Shown: piece by piece, positions 17,868-28,284 of the stretch
How positions within the stretch are numbered: the stretch's first letter is position 1
How the letters are laid out: each line of letters opens with the position of its first letter
Source of the DNA: a bacterium
GTDB taxonomy: Bacteria > Bacillota_I > Bacilli_A > RFN20 > CAG-288
Length of the DNA stretch: 64,000 nucleotides
NCBI GenBank assembly: GCA_963660905.1
Contig: CAVKZJ010000007.1
Span: forward strand, 8,953 to 72,952
Reading direction: 5' to 3'
Position numbers and translations under genes: made by a program
Notes under the pieces: generated by a model
What the model saw: only the letters and a program-made list of their open reading frames with translations
Database searches by the model: none
Told to the model about the DNA's origin: nothing

Positions 17868-19721
17868 ATGGAAAGAAAAACAAAACCCGACAATCTTGTA
17901 AAGACCCTTCTTCGTCTCTTCTCCTACATGAAAGACATCTGGCCCCTCATCCTGCTCGTCATTCTTATGGCTCTCTATTCCGGTGTCACGGAGACTCTCG
18001 TCACGAGGATGGCTGGAAATGTCACCGACGGCATCTTGGAAAATATCCACGAGACATCCCAAGTCCGTTTTGATCGACTCATCAATGACCTTGTTCCCAT
18101 CATCATCGTCTGCTCCATCGGCTTCCTTTGCGCCTTCCTCTACAATTTCATCATGGTCCGAGTCACCCAGAGAGTTCTCTTCAGAATCAGAAATGAATTG
18201 ATGCATAAGATGCAAGTTCTCCCAATCAACTTTTTCGACAAACATACGCATGGAGAAATCATGTCCTATTTCACCAATGATGTCGATAGCATCGTCAATG
18301 CCCTGAATGATTCTTTCTCGAATATCTTCTTCTCCTCTGTCAAGATCATTTCGACGATTGTCACCCTCTTCCTCATCAATGTCTATCTCACTCTGATCGT
18401 GATCGGCTTTATCATCATCATGTTCGTCTTCATGTACTTCAACACGAAAGCCAGCAAGAAATATTTCCGTCAGCAGCAGAAATCTCTCTCCCATGTCAAC
18501 TCTGTCGTCGAGGAGGATGTCTCCGGCGTAAAGGTCATCAAGGCCTTCAGCCATGAAGAGGAATCCTTCGACAAATTCATGAAAGCCAACAATGAATGGA
18601 GAAAATCCTCAGAGAAAGCCTTCTTCCATACCCAAGTCAACATTCCTTTCTTTGTGTCATTGAGTTATTTCAACTTCTCCATCTCCTCCGTCGCCGGCGT
18701 CTTGGCTTTGTGCACCGGATGGGCCGGTCCGCTGACATTCGGTCAATTGCAGTCTTATCTCGTTCTGACAAGAAATGCCTGTCAGCCGTTCAACTTCTTT
18801 ACGCAGCATCTCAACAACTTCATGGTCGCAGCCGCCGGCGCAGAAAGAATCTTCTCTTTCCTTGATGAAAAAGAGGAAGTTGACGAAGGAAAAGTCACCC
18901 TTCTCAAAATCAGCGACGAAGAAGATTTCCGCAAGCGTTATTGCTGGAAGATCATCCATCATGACAACACCATCGAGAAGAGACCTCTCAAGGGAGAAAT
19001 CCGCTTTGAGGATGTCACCTTCTCCTATGTGAAAGGAAAGCCGGTCCTGAAAGGAATCTCCTTCGAATCCCATCCCGGAAAGAAATCCGCCTTTGTCGGA
19101 TCGACCGGCGCGGGAAAGACAACCATCATTTCTCTGCTTGCCCGATTCTATCCGCTCGATAGCGGTGCAATCTACTACGATGATATCAACATCGAAGATA
19201 TCCAACTTGAATCTCTTCGAAGAGCCATCTCCATGGTCACCCAGGATACGCATCTCTTCACCGGTACCATCTCAGACAATATCCGCTATGTGCGAATGCA
19301 TTCCACCGAAGAGGAAATCATCCAAGCGAGCAAGATGTCGCATGCCGACAGTTTCATCAAGCGTTTGCCTTTAGGATATGAGACCATGCTCTATGATGAT
19401 GGCGGAAACCTCTCGGCTGGACAAAGACAGCTCTTAGGTTTGGCCAGAGCCAGTCTGAACAGACCGCCTGTCATGATTCTCGATGAAGCAACCAGCAATA
19501 TCGATACCAGAAGCGAAATGCTCATTCAGCAAGGTCTGGATGCCCTTGAGCAGAACAGAACCGTCATGATCATCGCCCATCGACTTTCCACCATTCGAGA
19601 CGCGGATGAAATCATGGTCCTTGATCAGGGAAAGATCATTGAGCGAGGTACCCAGGACGAGCTTCTTGCCAAGAAGGGCGCCTACTACGACCTCTATACC
19701 GGAAAAGTCGAACTCGCCTAA
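17868..19721 (+). CDS. ABC exporter, fused permease/ATPase subunit (consensus-site partner)
   Basis: TMD plus an NBD with Walker A GSTGAGKTT, signature LSAGQRQL and Walker B MILDEATS (catalytic Glu present). It starts 3 nt after the previous stop. Confidence 0.85.
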   Translation: MERKTKPDNLVKTLLRLFSYMKDIWPLILLVILMALYSGVTETLVTRMAGNVTDGILENIHETSQVRFDRLINDLVPIIIVCSIGFLCAFLYNFIMVRVTQRVLFRIRNELMHKMQVLPINFFDKHTHGEIMSYFTNDVDSIVNALNDSFSNIFFSSVKIISTIVTLFLINVYLTLIVIGFIIIMFVFMYFNTKASKKYFRQQQKSLSHVNSVVEEDVSGVKVIKAFSHEEESFDKFMKANNEWRKSSEKAFFHTQVNIPFFVSLSYFNFSISSVAGVLALCTGWAGPLTFGQLQSYLVLTRNACQPFNFFTQHLNNFMVAAAGAERIFSFLDEKEEVDEGKVTLLKISDEEDFRKRYCWKIIHHDNTIEKRPLKGEIRFEDVTFSYVKGKPVLKGISFESHPGKKSAFVGSTGAGKTTIISLLARFYPLDSGAIYYDDINIEDIQLESLRRAISMVTQDTHLFTGTISDNIRYVRMHSTEEEIIQASKMSHADSFIKRLPLGYETMLYDDGGNLSAGQRQLLGLARASLNRPPVMILDEATSNIDTRSEMLIQQGLDALEQNRTVMIIAHRLSTIRDADEIMVLDQGKIIERGTQDELLAKKGAYYDLYTGKVELA

Positions 19722-19737
19722 ATTCCGTCATACACAT

Positions 19738-19775
19738 CAAAAGGGACGACATCTATCCGGTCGTCCCTTTTCGTT
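19738..19775. terminator. Bidirectional terminator between the ABC exporter and recD
   Basis: aaaagggacgac (19739-19750) pairs with gtcgtccctttt (19760-19771), an 11-12 bp stem flanked by an A-run and a T-run. Confidence 0.85.
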
Positions 19776-19800
19776 TGCGCTGCACATATCAAGCATCCAT

Positions 19801-21729
19801 TCATGCCAGATTCGTATCACGGATGATGATTCGATCTCTAGATTCCTCCAAGCGTTCCTGAGAGGAAAGAAGATAGGTATTTCCCTTTGTTCTTGTAATT
19901 GCCGTATAGACAATCTGACGATTGAGAAGCGGATGCCCTTTCTTATTAGGAAGAATGACAAGAATATTCTTATAATCAGATCCTTGTGATTTATGAATCG
20001 AGATGGCATAAGCCAAGTCGATTTCCGATCTTGTAATCATACGGATCGGATAAAACATATACTTGCCTATCTTAAAGATATTATCTGTTCTCTTTCCTTC
20101 CCTGCTGATAAGAATACTCGATTTTTGAAGCATGAAGTAGATTGTGTCATCCCCATTGAATTTTACAAGGATGCCACTATCGCCATTGTAAAGATCCAAC
20201 ATCTTGTTGTTCTTATTGATCATCATCACTTCACCGGGATAATATCCTTCAATCGACGTTCCCTTCGTCTTATCGATGAAGTTTCGAAAAAGGAATCCAT
20301 TGATTGTCGAAACGCCTCTCGGGCCGAGATTCTCCGCACAGAGAATCTTGGATTTCTCCATTTTCTCAAAAAGATCATCCAATTGTCCTTTATCCGTCTC
20401 ATCCAAAGAAGAAGCGTCATCCTGAAGAGAGGAAAAGAAGACACTTCCCCATTTGTAGGTGATGGACTCGACGATGTCCTTTTCCTTGACATCTTCTTTG
20501 CTGCTATGATAGTAGAAAACCGGTTTTGTCTTATCTGTCGCCTCGATATCTCTCACTTCAAAGGCATCATAGTCCTTCCAATCTTCTTCCCTGACTGGAA
20601 GGGGGAGACCATTGTTGATGCTTTCCGCAAGAGCATAGATTTTCGTTTCTTTTGTGAATCGGATAGACTCATCGAGCTGAACGACAGACTCCTTCAACGA
20701 TTTCATTTTCAAAAGTTCTCCAAACACAGCCCCAGCTTCGACCGATGGAAGCTGGTTCTTATCTCCCATGATGAAGACTCTCGCACCTGTCGGGATCGCC
20801 TGAAGAAGCGAGTGGAAAAGACAGATATCGATCATGCTGGCCTCATCGATAATGAAAATGGATTTCTGTGGGAATTGATGATCTTTATTATATTTATAGG
20901 TCTGCGTCGAATAATCGACGGAAAGAAGCCTATGGATGGTCGATTCTTCCAATCGGGAAATTTTCTCAACGATGTTTTTGTATTTTTCCTTGAAATCCGC
21001 ATTCAAGATATTGAGACCCTTGATGAGGCTTTCCTTCATTCGATTCGACGCTTTTCCACTCGGTGCCACAAGATAGACAAGACTATTTTCATCTGCGGAA
21101 AGAAGATTCATCAAGAGGAAAATGATAGAGGTTGTCTTTCCAGTTCCCGGTCCTCCGGTGATGACTAGATTTCGATTCAATCCGACATTGAAGGCCTTCT
21201 CCTGTCCTGCGGAAAGACGAAATCCTTCCATCAGGCCTTCATGATAATCAAAGCAAGGTTCATTCTGCAGAGGAGTCGAGAAAAGACGCTGAAGAGAGGA
21301 AAGAATTCCTTTTCTGGCAAGATTGTATTTCCGGACATAAAGATTCCCATCATCGATTTCAAAAAGACCTTTTTCATCAAATAAATAAGGAAGGGTTTCA
21401 TAGCCGATTTTATCTAAGCAGGAATCCATCGCCTGAAAAGATGCCTCCTCAATCCTTCCCAATTCAGCCATGGAATCCGGATTATCCGATAAAAGAACGG
21501 CCTGGGCATCGAGTTTTTCTTTCCACTTCTTCGAAAGAATTCCTTTTTTCAGAGACATCGAGATATTTCCATCCCCAATCAAGGAAAAATAGAGAGCAAA
21601 AAGAATAAGATAGGTCTCATATTCATCCACATCTTTGATTTCATCCCTGATCAGCAAGAGAAGAGAATGATCAATCTTGCTGATAAGCTGGTTCTTTTCC
21701 AACAATTCATAAAATTCATCGAATTTCAT
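19801..21729 (-). CDS. recD: Exodeoxyribonuclease V alpha subunit RecD
   Basis: 642 aa with SF1 helicase motifs (VITGGPGTGKTTSIIFLL, IIDEASMID, GDKNQLPSVEAG, AISIHKSQGSDY). It overlaps the recB stop by 4 nt. Confidence 0.85.
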   Translation of the reverse strand: MKFDEFYELLEKNQLISKIDHSLLLLIRDEIKDVDEYETYLILFALYFSLIGDGNISMSLKKGILSKKWKEKLDAQAVLLSDNPDSMAELGRIEEASFQAMDSCLDKIGYETLPYLFDEKGLFEIDDGNLYVRKYNLARKGILSSLQRLFSTPLQNEPCFDYHEGLMEGFRLSAGQEKAFNVGLNRNLVITGGPGTGKTTSIIFLLMNLLSADENSLVYLVAPSGKASNRMKESLIKGLNILNADFKEKYKNIVEKISRLEESTIHRLLSVDYSTQTYKYNKDHQFPQKSIFIIDEASMIDICLFHSLLQAIPTGARVFIMGDKNQLPSVEAGAVFGELLKMKSLKESVVQLDESIRFTKETKIYALAESINNGLPLPVREEDWKDYDAFEVRDIEATDKTKPVFYYHSSKEDVKEKDIVESITYKWGSVFFSSLQDDASSLDETDKGQLDDLFEKMEKSKILCAENLGPRGVSTINGFLFRNFIDKTKGTSIEGYYPGEVMMINKNNKMLDLYNGDSGILVKFNGDDTIYFMLQKSSILISREGKRTDNIFKIGKYMFYPIRMITRSEIDLAYAISIHKSQGSDYKNILVILPNKKGHPLLNRQIVYTAITRTKGNTYLLSSQERLEESRDRIIIRDTNLA

Positions 21730-24700
21730 GCTTTCTTTCCTCCAATCTTCAAAGCACAGATTTCATCAAATGCTTCCTTTAACTCCGCATAATTTTCCCA
21801 TGTATGAGCATAGATGCCATTCCCCGTATTCTCATTGCATCCACGAAGGAAGACATAATAAATTCCTCCAAAATGCTTTTGGAAGATCTCTTCTTCCGTC
21901 ATATCGGAATAATAATTCTTCAGCCATTGGATCAGGCAATAGGAATAAAGGACTCTCTGAATCGAATAGGCATCATCGACATGTCTCTTCAAAGCACCCG
22001 CATCAGAATAAGAGGTAAAGTCATCGCTTAAGGAATCGGATTTCCAGTCGATGATGGAGAAGTATTCCCCTCTCTTGAAAATGAGATCGACAAATCCATT
22101 ACAGAAATTCTTCAATTGTCCATTGAGAAGATTGAAGTTGAATTCCACCTCCGCTCTCTTATCGGTAAGGGAAAGTGAATTCAGCATGAACGACGAGTCA
22201 AGACACTGGTTTCCTTGGATTGTCGGGAAATCAGCAGTCAGGACATCATGGACCATATGATCAATCGGCTCGAGATAGGATTCATCATAAATCAGAGTCT
22301 GATCAGCAAAGCATTTCTTCACTACAGATTCAAAACGGCAATCATAGTTTTGGAAATCAATCAATTCGAAAATCTCATGGAGTGCAGATCCAATAAGATT
22401 TCCCTTTGGGAATTTTTCGGGAAATATAAGAGGGGAAGAATTCGAATTGTAGTCACAAAGAACGGCTTTTCCTTTTTTGTCATATTTGGAAAGACCTTCG
22501 GAAACATGTCCCTCTTTCTCCATGACATCCTCCTCTTCATTTTCCTGATGAGATAAGGAAGAATAGGAGTGCTTATATGTCTTCTTGGAAGGAAGCGTTC
22601 CGATAAGAGAATGAAGAACTTGATTCTGTTTTTCAATCAAGGAAGAATCATCCTTCAAATCACCACCCGAAATGAGAATAGAAGAGGAGATGTTCCTCAG
22701 TTCTTTATATTCCATATGATTATCAAACAACGGACGATACGGGTTCTTATTCAAAACATAATTATTCAAGGATTCGTTTAAAAATTCCTGCTTGAAATCC
22801 TTATACCGAGGAAGAATCATCACAAACTGTGCTCTTGTATAGGCTACATAGAAGAGCCGTTTCATTTCTTCCACCAATTCTTTTTCATTATTTGAGACTC
22901 CAAGATATGTCATCACACCCTGTTTATAGCGCGTCACGACTCTATCCGCCTTTTTACTTCCATCACTGATGGCAATGACAACCGGGTACTGCAATCCTTT
23001 CGAGGAATGATAGGTGATCATCTGAACGGAATCGAAATTTGTATTTCTTTCGATAATTTCTCCGCTTTCCGCATCATCCTCTACGCTTTCACCTTTCATC
23101 TTGGCGTTCAGCTGACGAATCATATCTTCCAGGGAATGGCCTAACAGAAGATAGTCAATCATATAATCAGCAATCTGGGCATAGACACCAAAAGACTGAA
23201 TATCGCTTAAAGAACTCTTATTATTCGAAAGATAGGAATTATCCAGTATATCATCCATCAGATCTTCCCATCGCTCATCCTTGGCAATCTGTTTCCAATT
23301 CTGAATCAATTCCATTTCCTTGGAATCATCATGGTCAAAATATTCCGAAGAGATTTCTTCCAACGAACGCCCGAAGAAATCCGTAAACAAGGCCTTTCTG
23401 AAAAAGCTTCGGTTTCTTCCGGTAAAATCAACCGCGACAATCGCCTGGAGAAGAACAATCCAGTTCTTGCACTCTCTTCCTCTGAAAAGGGAATTGTCCT
23501 TATACTTCAAGCAGGGAACCCCCGCTTTATTCAAAGCAGTCGAAAAAGGTATGAATTCTTTTCTTTTACGTGCAAGAATAGCAAAATCCTTGAAAGTCAC
23601 ATTCCTGAATGAATTCTCATCCTTTCCTTTCACTTGCAGATTGGTCTTTCCATTTTCATCCTTTTTACAGCAGTCAAGAATCGTCTGAACAACAATTCTT
23701 GGAAAAGAAGTATCTTTCTTCATTTCCTCCAAGAAGTCCATTTCCTGTTCATCGACATTATCCAGTTCTTTCTTTGGGTTCGAGGCAATCCAAAGAGCCT
23801 CAATCGGTTTTCCTTTATAAAGAACATCATGATATTCCTTAGTCACACCTTGTTTGAGGAATCCTGATGGCTCAAAATCCGTTCCATCAAATTGATAGGA
23901 TTTGAATAATTCGTTGCAGCAGGTGACCATATCAGCGGTCGAACGATAATTCACGTTCAAAGAACGAAGGAGTCCATTTTTGCTGATGATTTCATTCTTG
24001 GCCTTGAAATACGCCTGGACATCCGCTCCCTGAAAGGAGTATATCGACTGTTTTGGATCGCCGACAACCATAATCTGATGATCTTCATCCTCCAAAAAGA
24101 TAGACTTGAAGATATCGAACTGAAGCTGATTGGTATCCTGAAACTCATCAATGATGGCTCTTTTGTATTTTCTCTTGAGTTTCTTTTTGAAAGCCTCATT
24201 ATGAATCAATGCTTCCCGAACATAGCGAATCATATCGTTGAAGCTTTCAGAAAGATTGATTTCCTTTCTTTCCTGCCACTTCTTATAGATGTCCTCAGCA
24301 TAAAGAAGAGGAATACAGTTCATCATAGATGGTTCATCAAAACATAATTCTCTATGATCATCATTTTTCGGTCTTCTTTTTTTATCTCTAATTAAGCTAT
24401 TAAAGAAAAGGAAAGGTTCTCTTAATGTTGCATTCTTTGAAAACAAATTGCTTTTAAAAGACGATGGGGTAAAATACGTAAACTTATTTTTATAGAGTTC
24501 CTCAGCCAACTCCCTTGCCTTTTTTCCATCATCTCCTTTCACATCATTGTCACGCAATGCCTCATAATTCTCCTTCACTTCCGGATACTTATTAAGAATC
24601 TCGTCAGAGGAATCGGCCAGATGGAAGTCAAAAAACATATTTGTCATTCTTTCCTCATCCTCTTTCATCAAGGAGATGACACCTTTATCCTCGTTGTAAT

Positions 24701-25205
24701 CTGAATCAAGATAATAGGCATTGAGAATTGCACGCATGTTTCTTACTAAGCTGTCTTCATTGAAAGAATCGGATTTCGCATTATAAAGAATCTCAGACAA
24801 ACTGGAGAGTTTCTCCAGAACGTGGTTGGATCGAACATATTCCAGAATAAATCGATTCATTTCATTGTCATCGATCAGAGAAAGGGAGGATGCGATTTTC
24901 GCAGAGATGCCAAATTCCTTGATAGCATTCATGCAGAAAGAATGAATCGTATAGATTGGTGCGTTATCCACATCTACATCAGGAAGAGAAGAGAGTTTTG
25001 TTCTGATTCGATCCTTGAGTTCACCGGCGGCCTTTTCCGTATAAGTGACAATCAAAATCCTATCTAGATCTTCGTGCTCTTCCTTGATGAGTTTCTCAAC
25101 AATACCGACAATGTTGTAGGTCTTTCCAGTACCGGCAGAAGCTTCCACGACATAATTTTTTGTCGTATCAAAATTATTAATTTCAAATTTATTCGTTTCA
25201 CTCAT
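21726..25205 (-). CDS. recB: Exodeoxyribonuclease V beta subunit RecB (UvrD-type helicase plus PD-(D/E)XK nuclease)
   Basis: 1159 aa: VEASAGTGKTYNIVGI...ILIVTYTEKAAGELKDRIR, IIDEFQDTN, and the C-terminal nuclease block GFVDLIFKRGEYFSIIDWKSDSL, which matches the RecB nuclease motif. Confidence 0.85.
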   Translation of the reverse strand: MSETNKFEINNFDTTKNYVVEASAGTGKTYNIVGIVEKLIKEEHEDLDRILIVTYTEKAAGELKDRIRTKLSSLPDVDVDNAPIYTIHSFCMNAIKEFGISAKIASSLSLIDDNEMNRFILEYVRSNHVLEKLSSLSEILYNAKSDSFNEDSLVRNMRAILNAYYLDSDYNEDKGVISLMKEDEERMTNMFFDFHLADSSDEILNKYPEVKENYEALRDNDVKGDDGKKARELAEELYKNKFTYFTPSSFKSNLFSKNATLREPFLFFNSLIRDKKRRPKNDDHRELCFDEPSMMNCIPLLYAEDIYKKWQERKEINLSESFNDMIRYVREALIHNEAFKKKLKRKYKRAIIDEFQDTNQLQFDIFKSIFLEDEDHQIMVVGDPKQSIYSFQGADVQAYFKAKNEIISKNGLLRSLNVNYRSTADMVTCCNELFKSYQFDGTDFEPSGFLKQGVTKEYHDVLYKGKPIEALWIASNPKKELDNVDEQEMDFLEEMKKDTSFPRIVVQTILDCCKKDENGKTNLQVKGKDENSFRNVTFKDFAILARKRKEFIPFSTALNKAGVPCLKYKDNSLFRGRECKNWIVLLQAIVAVDFTGRNRSFFRKALFTDFFGRSLEEISSEYFDHDDSKEMELIQNWKQIAKDERWEDLMDDILDNSYLSNNKSSLSDIQSFGVYAQIADYMIDYLLLGHSLEDMIRQLNAKMKGESVEDDAESGEIIERNTNFDSVQMITYHSSKGLQYPVVIAISDGSKKADRVVTRYKQGVMTYLGVSNNEKELVEEMKRLFYVAYTRAQFVMILPRYKDFKQEFLNESLNNYVLNKNPYRPLFDNHMEYKELRNISSSILISGGDLKDDSSLIEKQNQVLHSLIGTLPSKKTYKHSYSSLSHQENEEEDVMEKEGHVSEGLSKYDKKGKAVLCDYNSNSSPLIFPEKFPKGNLIGSALHEIFELIDFQNYDCRFESVVKKCFADQTLIYDESYLEPIDHMVHDVLTADFPTIQGNQCLDSSFMLNSLSLTDKRAEVEFNFNLLNGQLKNFCNGFVDLIFKRGEYFSIIDWKSDSLSDDFTSYSDAGALKRHVDDAYSIQRVLYSYCLIQWLKNYYSDMTEEEIFQKHFGGIYYVFLRGCNENTGNGIYAHTWENYAELKEAFDEICALKIGGKKA

Positions 25206-28088
25206 TTACTTTTCCTCCTTCTCCTCTTTCTCTTCTTGCTTTTTTTGTTCATCTGCTTGCTTGCTCTTCAAAAAGAGAACCATGCTTTCGACCTTCTTCT
25301 TATATTCAGAATAAGAAGCATCAAATTCTTCACTCGATAAGAAGGAAGAAGAATTGAAATCAAAAAGATACTTGTCGCCATAATATGACCAAGCCCCATG
25401 CGAGTCAAAGAATTCTGTCTTATATTTCGAATAATTCTCGCCTGACGCATCGATCATATTGCAGGGAAGGAAAATCGCATCCTTAAAGGAATTCATCTCT
25501 TGGTAGATCTGAATAAGAATTTCTCGAGCACGAGATGGGGAAAGAAGAAATTCGACATGAGAAGGCGTATCCGTTTTCTTCATTGTCGTTTTCAATGTGA
25601 TTTGGTACACCATTTCTCCTTGAGATGCCACATCCATCAACGAAATCACATAAGGAAGAAGGAAATCCTTGTTTGAGATCGTGTTTTTTACAAATTTCGT
25701 TGAAAAATAGCTTCGTGAGATTCCACTGCAGGAGCGAATGATTTCTTGATCGTGTGTGATGACAAAAGAGGAATTTCCAAAGGGAAGAACAAGATCATCC
25801 ATCTTGACAGATTCGAAATCTGACCCAATTGTCTTTAGAATTTTCCGTGCAGAATCTTCGACATTCAGGAAGGTGTATTCCTGAATGTTATAATCAATGC
25901 AGGGAAGAATATGATTCATTTCCAATTCGTACTTAAATTCGATTTCTTCTTTGATTTTTTCATCCAAAAGATAACCGAGCAATCTTGTTCGAACAATCGA
26001 CTCATCTATATTGGATAAAGAGAATGGCTCAAACTCATCTCTCATCTTTTCATCATCGTCATTTTCCTTGGCAAAGAGAACACTCGCCTTGTACTTCAGA
26101 GGTTCCTCTAAAAAATCAGACAAATCCTTCAATCTCACCTTGTTTGGAAGACCGCGCCGAAGAGGAATCGAATCGATTTCCTTTTTCATTTTCTCTTTGG
26201 TCAGATCAAGAAAATGGGCTTTATTGGAATATTCCCTTTTTGTATATAGTTCCGAATAGTCTCTTTTTTCATCCAGTTCCAATGTTCTCTGGACATCTTT
26301 GATTCTCTTATCCGTCAATTCCGAAAGGAAGGACGAAGGATATAATTCCGCATCACTTGACAAATCAATCGAAAGATAACTAGCGAAAAACTGAGAGGAG
26401 TTTTCATATTGCAAAAGGAAATTCTCTTTTTCCTGTTTTGCCGTCAAGACATCTTTTTCTCTTTTATCCAATTCGTTTCTGACAATCAGAGTCGGAAAGT
26501 TCTGAAATCCCATTCCGAGCATAAAGACATATTTCGCAGGGAGAAGAGTGTTTCTATTGATATCCGCAAAGGTCACACCGCCTGTATAGCAAGATCCATT
26601 GAGTCTATTTGTAGAAAAAGAAGCATCCAGAAGGAAGTTCATGACTATGTTTTTCTTGATGGTATTCGACTTATAGTCCATCTTTTCCATCAAAACAAGA
26701 AGGGAGAGGACTTTTCGATATTCAATCGTTTCCTCAAAATCTTCATTCTCTGGATCAGAAAAGAAATGATTCAGTTCTTTTCTCAAAGCTTCATAGTCTT
26801 CTTTATTCAGATATTCGCCTTTCATGAAGGCAAGCCATGAATTAAGATCATCAATCAATGAAATGAATTTGATGATTCTTTCATCATCCATATCAATGGA
26901 AGAATAAGGAAGATAATCCACATTCGATAAATTAACAATATTCTGATTATGGTCGTTGATATCCACTGCCTTGGAAATCAGAAGTCTTTTCTTGATATAA
27001 TCCCAATCATCGATATGATCTGAATTTCGATAGACATTCGCTCTTAGGATACACTGCACAAAGGAGTCCGAATCTTCCTTCGTAAGGTTTCTTGCCTTCA
27101 TCACAGCAGCGTTATTAACGAAAGCTTGGAAATCAACTCTTGTGAAATAGCCCTTATGGAAGATTTCGATAAGCTTCTTCATAGCCGATGTCACATCAGA
27201 AGACTGATTCTGACTTCCGATGATGCTATAGGGAATATCCGGATAATCGACATTGTCCTGATGAAAGGTTCTCTTGATGAGTGGTTCATAATCGGAGATA
27301 TTCTTGGCAAGGACAACGAAATCAGAAAGACGGTTCTCTTTATCCTTCAAAAGTTCACAGATATGTGAGTGGACATTTTCGATTTCTTTTTGCTTCGATG
27401 GGCAGGCTGTGATGAAATAGGGAGGCTTTTTTTCTTTGTTTACTTTCAGCAGAAAGAAATTACATTCATTTTCTTTTTCGATTTCCTTGATGATGGCATT
27501 CTGAATTGGCTCAAAATAAGCAAAGCCAAAGAAATAAATCTTTCTTCCCGTCTTCTTGATTCCTCTTCGCTTCGAGAATGAATAAGCAAGGGTCGTCAGA
27601 TAATTCTTTTCGGCCTCCTGAAGAACAAAATCATAGATTTTCTTTTGATCAGAGGGGATTTCAAAACAGTCATTTTCATATCCTAAGAAGATGTCCGCAA
27701 GATGAGAACAGAGATCAGAAAGACGAATTGCATCGATATTGTCCTCCTCATAGAGGTAATCTTTCATTTCGATAGGGATATCTTCTTTTTCTGCATACGA
27801 AAAGTACTTCAAGACTAGTACCTTGAACTCTTCTCTATTCAAGAGGCGAAGATAATCATTATGGTCGATAAAAGAAAACAGAGCCTGATTGATTTCGACA
27901 AAATCGACATTCATCAAAACAGAATTCGTATTCTTCAGCCATTGTGAGACAATATAATCATTCATTTTCATCGAGGGAAGAACGATCATCGTTGGCACAA
28001 AAAAATCTTTGTCACTCTGCTTTTTGTTCATGAATTCCTTCATCAACTCATCTAGATTCGAGTTCGAAATTATATTGCCCATCCCCAT
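25206..28088 (-). CDS. recC: Exodeoxyribonuclease V gamma subunit RecC
   Basis: 960 aa. The N-terminus SNSNLDELMKEFM...FFVPTMIVLPSMKMNDYIVSQWL...NVDF parallels the remembered E. coli RecC N-terminus (HSNRLDVLEALMEF...FEPEMILVQSTGMAQWL...NIDF). The gene abuts the recB start. The second ATG (28082) has better SD spacing. Confidence 0.75.
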   Translation of the reverse strand: MGMGNIISNSNLDELMKEFMNKKQSDKDFFVPTMIVLPSMKMNDYIVSQWLKNTNSVLMNVDFVEINQALFSFIDHNDYLRLLNREEFKVLVLKYFSYAEKEDIPIEMKDYLYEEDNIDAIRLSDLCSHLADIFLGYENDCFEIPSDQKKIYDFVLQEAEKNYLTTLAYSFSKRRGIKKTGRKIYFFGFAYFEPIQNAIIKEIEKENECNFFLLKVNKEKKPPYFITACPSKQKEIENVHSHICELLKDKENRLSDFVVLAKNISDYEPLIKRTFHQDNVDYPDIPYSIIGSQNQSSDVTSAMKKLIEIFHKGYFTRVDFQAFVNNAAVMKARNLTKEDSDSFVQCILRANVYRNSDHIDDWDYIKKRLLISKAVDINDHNQNIVNLSNVDYLPYSSIDMDDERIIKFISLIDDLNSWLAFMKGEYLNKEDYEALRKELNHFFSDPENEDFEETIEYRKVLSLLVLMEKMDYKSNTIKKNIVMNFLLDASFSTNRLNGSCYTGGVTFADINRNTLLPAKYVFMLGMGFQNFPTLIVRNELDKREKDVLTAKQEKENFLLQYENSSQFFASYLSIDLSSDAELYPSSFLSELTDKRIKDVQRTLELDEKRDYSELYTKREYSNKAHFLDLTKEKMKKEIDSIPLRRGLPNKVRLKDLSDFLEEPLKYKASVLFAKENDDDEKMRDEFEPFSLSNIDESIVRTRLLGYLLDEKIKEEIEFKYELEMNHILPCIDYNIQEYTFLNVEDSARKILKTIGSDFESVKMDDLVLPFGNSSFVITHDQEIIRSCSGISRSYFSTKFVKNTISNKDFLLPYVISLMDVASQGEMVYQITLKTTMKKTDTPSHVEFLLSPSRAREILIQIYQEMNSFKDAIFLPCNMIDASGENYSKYKTEFFDSHGAWSYYGDKYLFDFNSSSFLSSEEFDASYSEYKKKVESMVLFLKSKQADEQKKQEEKEEKEEK

Positions 28089-28219
28089 TCCCTCCCATCC
28101 TTTTCATGAAATCGCTTTGCACGTTCGCCATTTCTCTTTTCATCGCTATAATTATAAGGTGTGATATGTACAAAAATAATCACAAATACGAGAATTCACA
28201 TCACTTCTTTCCACCAAGG

Positions 28220-28248
28220 TAGACAAAACAGGAAACTTTCCCTATAAT
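28220..28248 (+). promoter_or_regulatory. Promoter candidate for the HAD-mgtE-mgtE operon
   Basis: TAGACA (28220-28225), 17-nt spacer, TATAAT (28243-28248). Confidence 0.45.
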
Positions 28249-28284
28249 TTTCGAAGAAATGAATGACAAATGGAGGATAAAATC

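Noticed and set aside
17622-18554. 310-aa D/E/I-rich ORF antisense to the ABC exporter genes
   Set aside because: It spans the junction of two real genes on the other strand and its composition is typical of antisense translation of membrane-protein genes.
19993-21168. 391-aa ORF antisense to recD
   Set aside because: It is a shadow ORF inside a gene with clear SF1 helicase motifs and has no independent support.
19801-28088. Three-gene helicase/nuclease cluster as a novel anti-phage defence system
   Set aside because: The motif-level correspondence to RecB (helicase plus the GFVDL...DWKS nuclease block), the RecC N-terminus and RecD, together with the canonical C-B-D order, makes ordinary RecBCD the most economical reading.
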